A stretch of 64,000 nucleotides of DNA from an uncultured Gemmatimonadales bacterium (GTDB taxonomy: Bacteria > Gemmatimonadota > Gemmatimonadetes > Longimicrobiales > RSA9): positions 640,001-704,000 of the forward strand of contig CAWCUS010000001.1 in NCBI GenBank assembly GCA_963798845.1, written 5' to 3'. The number at the start of each line of letters is the position of its first letter. Positions within the stretch are counted from its first letter, which is position 1. Below the pieces are notes generated by a model. It was not told where the DNA came from, did no database searches, and was given only the letters and a program-made list of their open reading frames with translations. A program made the translations under genes and the position numbers. This document shows positions 58,015 to 64,000 of this stretch, in pieces.

Positions 58015-59264
58015 TCGACAGGATACGGGCGCAGTTTCCGGCGCTGGACCGGGAGGTGAACGGGGAGCGCGTCGCCTACTTCGACGGGCCGGGCGGGACG
58101 CAGGTGCCGGCCGCGGTGGCAGACGCAGTCCGAGCGTACCTCCTGGAGCACAACGCGAACGAGGGGTGGAACTACCCGACCAGCCACGAGACGGACGCAC
58201 TGCTCGCAGCGGGGCGCGCCGCGATCGCGGACCTCTTCGGCGCCCGGTCGGACGAGATCGCGTTCGGTCAGAACATGACCACGCTCACGCTCCGTCTGTC
58301 GCGCGCTCTCGGGCGCGAGATCGAGCCGGGGGACCGGGTGGTGGTGACGGAGCTGGACCACCATGCCAACGTGGACCCGTGGAAGGCGCTGGCGGATGAA
58401 CGCGGGGCGGAGATCCGGGTCGTGCGGATGGAGCCGTCGTCGGGAACGCTCGACCTGGACGATCTCCACGACGCGCTGAGCGGCCCCACCCGCATCCTCG
58501 CCATCGGCGCAGCCTCCAACGCCCTGGGGACCATTTCCGACGTGGCGGATGCCGCGGCGCGAGCCCGTGCGGCGGGGGCCACGGTGTTCGTGGACGCGGT
58601 GCACTACGCGCCCCACGAGCTGGTGGACGTGCGCGCGCTGGGCGCCGACTTCGTGGCCGCGTCCCCGTACAAGTTCTACGGGCCGCACCTGGGCGTGCTG
58701 TGGGGACCGTCCGACGCGATGGAAGCACTGCGGCTTCCGCGCGTGGCCTCGGCCCCGAACCACGCCCCGGAGCGGTTCGAGACCGGGACGATCAGCTTCG
58801 AAGCGGTGGCAGGGGCCACGGCCGCGGTGGACTTCATGGCGTCGCTGGGCGGGGAGGGCGCTGGCGACGAGGGCGACGGGCGACGGGCTCGGCTACGCGC
58901 GGCCTACGGGTGGCTGCACGGTCGGGGCGAGGCGCTCTTCCTTGCGCTGTGGGAAGGCATGAACGCCATCCCCGGGGTCCGCACCTTCGGACCGGCTCCG
59001 GGCGCGCCACGGACCCCGACTCTCGGCTTCGCGATCGCCGGCGTCGATCCGCGCGAGGCCGTGGCCGCCTACGCCGAGAGTGCGCTGTTCGTGACCCACG
59101 GCGACTTCTACGCCACGAGCGTCATCGAGCGGCTGGGGTATCGCGGGCGGGGAATCCTGCGGGCGGGGTGCGTGGCCTACACGTCGGAGGAGGAGGTCCG
59201 CCGGCTCGTGGACGCCACCGCGCGCGTCGCTGCCCGCTCCGGTGCCCGCGCGACGGCGGGCTGA
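58011..59264 (+). CDS. Cysteine desulfurase-like PLP enzyme (class V aminotransferase, VC1184-like)
   Basis: YFDGPGGTQVP, LDHHANVDPW, DAVHYAPH, SPYKFYGPH, FETGT; ATGA overlap. Confidence 0.88.
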   Translation: MIDRIRAQFPALDREVNGERVAYFDGPGGTQVPAAVADAVRAYLLEHNANEGWNYPTSHETDALLAAGRAAIADLFGARSDEIAFGQNMTTLTLRLSRALGREIEPGDRVVVTELDHHANVDPWKALADERGAEIRVVRMEPSSGTLDLDDLHDALSGPTRILAIGAASNALGTISDVADAAARARAAGATVFVDAVHYAPHELVDVRALGADFVAASPYKFYGPHLGVLWGPSDAMEALRLPRVASAPNHAPERFETGTISFEAVAGATAAVDFMASLGGEGAGDEGDGRRARLRAAYGWLHGRGEALFLALWEGMNAIPGVRTFGPAPGAPRTPTLGFAIAGVDPREAVAAYAESALFVTHGDFYATSVIERLGYRGRGILRAGCVAYTSEEEVRRLVDATARVAARSGARATAG

Positions 59265-59304
59265 CCGTTCATCGGCGTCGGGGGCAGTCGGACCGTCGTC
59301 CACG

Positions 59305-60396
59305 CTACCCGGCACGCTTCGCCCGTGCGGGCCGCCCGGAACGCAGCCACGCCTCGAGCTGCTCGGCTCGCCGCTCCTTCGTGTGCTCGGCCAGCACGCG
59401 CTCCCGCGCGGCGAGGCCGATGGCGCGCCGGTCGTCCGGGTGCATGTCGAGCGCCGACAGCACGTCATCCGGGCCATCGGGAAGCAGGATCTCGCGCCCG
59501 GGGGCGAACAGCTCGTCGAGCCCCTCCCACCGGTCGGAGAGCATGGGCGCGCCGCACGCCGCGGCTTCAAACAGCCGTACGGAGGGCGACCACCCGGCCC
59601 GCTTCATATCGGCCCGCGTCAGATTGAGCTGCCACAGAGAGCTGGCGTAGAACGACGCGTGGCGCCCGGGCGGGACGTGGTCGATGTGTCGGACGTTCTC
59701 GGGCCAGCTCCCGGCCGCAGGATACTGCGGCCCGGCCACGAGGAACCGCCCGCCTCCTCGCCGCCGAGCCGGCTCCAGCAGCAGCCGCTCCATTCCCGGG
59801 GCCCGGTCCTGGCTGTACGTCCCCATGTACGCCAGGTCCGCGGCCAGCTTCGGGTCCGGCGCCACCGGCCGGTAGCGCTCGGTGTCGACGGAGCAGAAGA
59901 GCGGCTTCGCGTCAGCCGCTCGCAGCTCGCCTTCCAGGACCTCGGAGAGGAACGGCCCACCGGTGAAGGAGAAGTAGCGAGTGAAGAGCGGCACCTGGTC
60001 CGGCCGCAGCGACACCGGCTCGCCTCCCCGCAGCTGCCCCACGGTGACCGGCGTGTCGATGTCGTAGAAGAAGAGCGGCTCGACGCCCGCGCCGGCCAGG
60101 TCGTCGATGACCCGCGGCCCCTCGTGCACGTACGACCCGACCAGAGCCGCGTCCGCCTCGCGCGCTTCGGCGATCACCCGCCCGCGGACGGCGTCCCACG
60201 AGGGATAGAGATCCAGGCGGCAGAAGTCGGGGTCCGGGAGGTCGCGGTGCTCTCCCCGGTACCAGGGCGCATCCCACTCGTGAAAGGTGACATCGTGGCC
60301 CCGGGCCGCGAACGCGCGCAGAAGCGCACGGTAGGTGGTCGCGTGGCCGTTCCCCCAGCTGGAGCTCAGCGACAGCCCCACCACCACGAGCTTCAA
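59305..60396 (-). CDS. CgeB family glycosyltransferase
   Basis: LSLSSSWGNGHATTYR, FYDIDTPVT, YMGTYS.DR, SPSVRLFEAAACG; TTG start overlaps the upstream TGA. Confidence 0.85.
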   Translation of the reverse strand: MKLVVVGLSLSSSWGNGHATTYRALLRAFAARGHDVTFHEWDAPWYRGEHRDLPDPDFCRLDLYPSWDAVRGRVIAEAREADAALVGSYVHEGPRVIDDLAGAGVEPLFFYDIDTPVTVGQLRGGEPVSLRPDQVPLFTRYFSFTGGPFLSEVLEGELRAADAKPLFCSVDTERYRPVAPDPKLAADLAYMGTYSQDRAPGMERLLLEPARRRGGGRFLVAGPQYPAAGSWPENVRHIDHVPPGRHASFYASSLWQLNLTRADMKRAGWSPSVRLFEAAACGAPMLSDRWEGLDELFAPGREILLPDGPDDVLSALDMHPDDRRAIGLAARERVLAEHTKERRAEQLEAWLRSGRPARAKRAG

Positions 60397-61553
60397 GCCG
60401 CGGCTCCACGGAGGACGGCGTCCACCTCTTCGGCGCGGCTGGCGTACGTGTGATCGCGGAGCGCACGGCGCCGCGCGGCCTGCCCGATCTCCCTCGCCCG
60501 CTCCGGCTGGACCTCGCGCACCAGCTCCGCCAGCGCGTCCGGATCGCGAGCCACCAGGATCTCGCGATCGGGCGCGAAGAACTCCTCGATCCCCGTCCAT
60601 GCGTCGCTCACCTGGCACGCCGCGGCGCCCGCGGCCTCGAACATCCGGGTGGCGGGCGAGTAGCCGTTCTCCACCATCGACTCCCGGTGGATGTTGAGCA
60701 CCAGCCGGGCCGCCCCGTTCAGCTCGTTGTGCCTCGCCGTGGGAACGTGGCCGAGGTGCTCCACGTTGGGCGGCATGGCGCGGTCGTCCCAGCCGTTGCC
60801 ACCCAGCGCGAACGCGTGGTCCGGGCACGCCGCGGCCACATCGAAGAAGAACGCGTCCACCCGGGCCTCCCGGTCCGGCAGCCGGTTGCCCATGAAGAAC
60901 GCGTCCCAGCGCGGCGGCCCGCCGCTCCGCTCCGGGTAGTGCTCCGCCGGGTCGAGTCCGTTGTAGATGGGCGTGCAGCCACGCGCCCCGAGCCGCTCGT
61001 ACGCTTCCACCACGGGAGGACCGCCGCCGTACGTGAAGACGTGGTCGAAGCGGGCGAGGTCCCGGTGGAACGGGTCCCCCGGGTCGCAGCGAAGCCGGGT
61101 CAGCGTGGCGGGCGCATCCACGTCCCAGAACGCCGTCCTGGCGACGCCGGGCGCCGTCTCAGCGCCCCGCCCCGGCCGGCCCGGGCTCCCCGGCACCGCG
61201 GAGCCGCCAGCGGCCACGCCGGCCCGCGCGGCTGCCCGTCCGCCCGCGGAGATGGCGCGCTCCAGCTCGCGGTCCCACACGCCCACGCCGCTGCACTTGA
61301 TGACCCAGTCGCTCTCGCGCAGCGCCGCCCCGACGAGCCGGTCCCGCTGCTCGGCGCTGTCGTACACGACCACGCGGGCATACTCGGGATCCTCTTCCAG
61401 GTCCCGGTTCGCCTGCCGGTCGAACGCGTCCGGCTCGCAGAACGTGATGTCGAAGCCGCGCTCCGCCAGGGCGCGGAGCAGCCCCCGGTAGTAGGTCGCT
61501 GCGCCGTTCCAGTAGGCCGACACGAGCGACGACCCGAAGAATGTGAGCTTCAT
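60393..61553 (-). CDS. CgeB family glycosyltransferase
   Basis: GSSLVSAYWNGAATYYRG, FWDVDAPATL, GNRLPDRE, SPATRMFEAAGA. Confidence 0.88.
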   Translation of the reverse strand: MKLTFFGSSLVSAYWNGAATYYRGLLRALAERGFDITFCEPDAFDRQANRDLEEDPEYARVVVYDSAEQRDRLVGAALRESDWVIKCSGVGVWDRELERAISAGGRAAARAGVAAGGSAVPGSPGRPGRGAETAPGVARTAFWDVDAPATLTRLRCDPGDPFHRDLARFDHVFTYGGGPPVVEAYERLGARGCTPIYNGLDPAEHYPERSGGPPRWDAFFMGNRLPDREARVDAFFFDVAAACPDHAFALGGNGWDDRAMPPNVEHLGHVPTARHNELNGAARLVLNIHRESMVENGYSPATRMFEAAGAAACQVSDAWTGIEEFFAPDREILVARDPDALAELVREVQPERAREIGQAARRRALRDHTYASRAEEVDAVLRGAAA

Positions 61554-61566
61554 CGCCTGCTCCGCT

Positions 61567-62691
61567 CTAGGATGCCGCGTTCAGGGTGGCCGCCCGGGGG
61601 CGATGACGGCCGCCATGGTCCGTGATCTCCCGGTAGAGCGCCTCGTAGCGGTCCACCATGCGAGCGGCGGTGTAGTCGCTGCGCGCCCGGATCCGGGCCT
61701 GCCACGCCTGCTCGTTCAGCTGCTGCGGGTCCTCGAGCAGGTTCCGCAGCCGGACGGCCAGGTCGGCCGCGCTGCCCGGCTCGAAGAACGAGGCCGCGTC
61801 CGTCCACAGCTCCCGGAAGGAGCCAATGCCGCTCAGCAGCAGGGCACACCCGTGCGCCGCCGCCTCGAGCGGAGTGAGCCCGAACGGCTCGTAGAGCGAC
61901 GCTCCAATGTAGACGCGGGTGTTCTGATAGAACCGGTCCATGGCGCTGCCGGGCACCTCCCCGTGTGCCACCAGACGGTGGACCCGGGCAATCTCCCCCG
62001 CCGGCCCTTCCAGCGGGCCGACGAGGTGGATGGACGGAGCATCCTCGCCCATGTGCTCCAGCGCCTCCTCGACCACCGACACGCCCTTCGCTTCATCCCA
62101 GGCGCGGCCTGCCAGGAGCACCAGCGGACGTTGCGCCGCCCGGACCTCCTCCGGGGGGACGGGCGGCGGCTCGATGCCGTTGTGGATCACCCGCGCCGCC
62201 GTCCGGCCGTAGTGCTGCGCCAGCCGGCCCGACTGGTACGCCGTAGGCGCCACCACGGCCGCCGCCGCGTGCAGCCCGGCGCGCACGATGTCACTGTAGG
62301 CGTCCCACCCGGCGGGCGGCTCCACGCCGCGCACGTCCGCGTACCAGGAGCGCACGTCGCTGTGCGCGACCACCAGCACGGGAGCAGCGTACCGCCCGCG
62401 CGCGTAGGCGAACTGGTTGAGGTGGATGACGTCCGGACCCCACGCCACGGCAAGGCGCTCGAGCCATTCGGTGCCCCGCTCGAGGTCCTGGGCCGCGCCC
62501 GGCATCCACTCCAGCGCCAGGTCACGGGTCGCCACACCCACTTCCGGCGGAAGCGAACTCGCGCGCTCATCCGAGAGCGATCCGAAGACGGCGAGCATGA
62601 TCTCGTGCCCGCGCTCCACCAGCTCTCTCAGCAGCGTTTGGCTGTACTGCCAGACGCCGCCGACCGTGTCCGTCGTGAGCAGGATCCTCAT
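61567..62691 (-). CDS. Glycosyltransferase family 4
   Basis: MRILLTTDTVGGVWQY, GRAWDEAKG, YEPFGLTPLEAA; ATGA overlap. Confidence 0.9.
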   Translation of the reverse strand: MRILLTTDTVGGVWQYSQTLLRELVERGHEIMLAVFGSLSDERASSLPPEVGVATRDLALEWMPGAAQDLERGTEWLERLAVAWGPDVIHLNQFAYARGRYAAPVLVVAHSDVRSWYADVRGVEPPAGWDAYSDIVRAGLHAAAAVVAPTAYQSGRLAQHYGRTAARVIHNGIEPPPVPPEEVRAAQRPLVLLAGRAWDEAKGVSVVEEALEHMGEDAPSIHLVGPLEGPAGEIARVHRLVAHGEVPGSAMDRFYQNTRVYIGASLYEPFGLTPLEAAAHGCALLLSGIGSFRELWTDAASFFEPGSAADLAVRLRNLLEDPQQLNEQAWQARIRARSDYTAARMVDRYEALYREITDHGGRHRPRAATLNAAS

Positions 62692-63845
62692 CGTCCGTAT
62701 ATGCGGTCCAACACCTCCGCGACGGTGACCAGCTCCTCCGCCGCGTCGTCGAACGATACATCTTCCCACATCCGGCGCGCCCACGCCAGCGCGGCCCGGC
62801 CGCCCCACGCGTCCGGCGGCTCGATCAGCGTCTCCGCAACTGTTCCATGGTACAGCTCGGCACGGAAATCGTAAAACGAGCCGTCAACATTGAGCACCGC
62901 CGCGCCGCCTTCCGTTCCGTGGAAGCGCGCTTCGATGACCGCGTCCCGCCCGGCGTGCAGGTTCCATGAGCAGGTGAGTCGAGCGGTGCGCCCGCCTTCC
63001 AGGTCGAGCCGGATATCGGCGTAGTCCTCCACGGGTGGCGCCGCCCGGCCACCGGTGACCGCTCCGGCGCCGGCATCCGCCGCTCCGGCGCCGGCATCCG
63101 CCGCTCCGGCGCCGGCATCCGCCGCTCCGGCGCCGGCATCCGCCGCATCGCTGCCGGCATCCGCCGCGGCGTCCAGCCGCCGTCCGCCCGCGAAGAGCGC
63201 AGCCGCGACCCGCTCCACCGGGCCGCCCATCATCCACAGCGCCAGGTCCACCAGGTGGATGCCAAGGTCCATGACGCACCCGCCACCGGAGCGCGCCGGG
63301 TCGTAGAACCACTCCTTGTCCGGACCGTACGCGTTGTGGAACTTCAGCTCCGCAGCGTAAACGTCGCCGATGTCGCCGGCGCCGATCCGCTCTCTCAGGG
63401 CCAGCATGGCCGCCGTCTGGCGGTACGACATGTCCACGCCGAGCAGCCGGTCCGCCGCCCGCGCCGCGTCGACCACGCCCCGGACCTCGGCGGCGGTGCG
63501 GCCCAGCGGTTTCTGGCAGAACACCGGCAGCCCGCGGTCCAGCGCCGCGCGTGCCTGCTCCGCGTGGAGCGCGCTCGGCGACGCGATCACGACGCCGTCG
63601 AGGTCGGCAGCCAGCAGGTCGGGGAGCGTCGTTCCGAACGTGGCATCCGGATAACGGCTCCGCAGCGAGGCGAGCGCCTCTTCGGATGGGTCCGCCACGG
63701 CGGCGACCGTGGCCACGCCGCGCTCCACGAGCGCATCCAGACGGCTGCGGCCGATCCACCCCACGCCGACGAAGCCGAGGGCGGGCCGTCTGGAGGACGG
63801 CCGGGGCGGGCTGGACTCGGGGTGCCTGGATGTCGTGGTCGTCAT
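62688..63845 (-). CDS. Gfo/Idh/MocA family oxidoreductase
   Basis: GVGWIG, IASPSALH, FCQKPL, GGGCVMDLGIH. Confidence 0.9.
   Translation of the reverse strand: MTTTTSRHPESSPPRPSSRRPALGFVGVGWIGRSRLDALVERGVATVAAVADPSEEALASLRSRYPDATFGTTLPDLLAADLDGVVIASPSALHAEQARAALDRGLPVFCQKPLGRTAAEVRGVVDAARAADRLLGVDMSYRQTAAMLALRERIGAGDIGDVYAAELKFHNAYGPDKEWFYDPARSGGGCVMDLGIHLVDLALWMMGGPVERVAAALFAGGRRLDAAADAGSDAADAGAGAADAGAGAADAGAGAADAGAGAVTGGRAAPPVEDYADIRLDLEGGRTARLTCSWNLHAGRDAVIEARFHGTEGGAAVLNVDGSFYDFRAELYHGTVAETLIEPPDAWGGRAALAWARRMWEDVSFDDAAEELVTVAEVLDRIYGR
63061..63167. repeat. 21-bp coding tandem repeat, 4 identical copies plus 1 degenerate copy
   Basis: GCTCCGGCGCCGGCATCCGCC x4 (63061-63144), encoding AADAGAG on the minus strand. 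Confidence 0.95.
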
Positions 63846-64000
63846 GGGCGGACGATGGCCTTGAGGAACCCGTCCGGTCGGTCGCGCGTGGCGTTCAGCG
63901 CATCGCCCAGCCGCTCCAGCGGGAACGCGTGTGTGATGAGCGGCTCCGGGTCCAGCCGCCCGTCCACCGTGGCCTCCACCGCCTGGCGGACTCCGCCCAG
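63842..64000 (-). CDS. C-terminal end of a zinc-dependent (MDR) dehydrogenase
   Basis: Not in the ORF track. LGGVRQAVEATVDGRLDPEPLITHAFPLERLGDALNATRDRPDGFLKAIVRP*; ATGA overlap with the next gene. Confidence 0.75.
   Translation of the reverse strand: MGGVRQAVEATVDGRLDPEPLITHAFPLERLGDALNATRDRPDGFLKAIVRP

Overview
Very GC-rich bacterial chromosomal window, densely coding (about 48 CDS, two truncated at the edges). Gene content (SusC/SusD pairs, barrel-less TonB-plug proteins, many lipoproteins and peptidases in a very high-GC background) suggests Gemmatimonadota (FCB group); this is inference. No rRNA, tRNA, CRISPR or transposase was recognised. Contents in order: DUF4956 plus SusC/D locus 1; Na/Ca antiporter; Fur-boxed feoB, Cys-rich protein, feoA; an M20 peptidase/creatininase/frameshifted ketopantoate-reductase-like/SDR cluster; an exported peroxiredoxin-like selenoprotein (in-frame TGA plus SECIS-like hairpin, missed by the ORF track); Tex; SusC/D locus 2 with a possible leader peptide and an S9 peptidase; PBP1A; a six-gene lipid-body-like operon; a GH13 lipoprotein; an ABC/DUF6297 pair; an S1/P1 nuclease; and part of a CgeB-type glycosyltransferase cluster. 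The best candidate for an undescribed system is the operon at 39766-47402: phasin-DUF2188, patatin, GET3/ArsA-HSP20, a divergent class I HMG-CoA-reductase-like enzyme, WS/DGAT and an ABC1 kinase. All family calls come from motifs recognised by eye; no searches were run.
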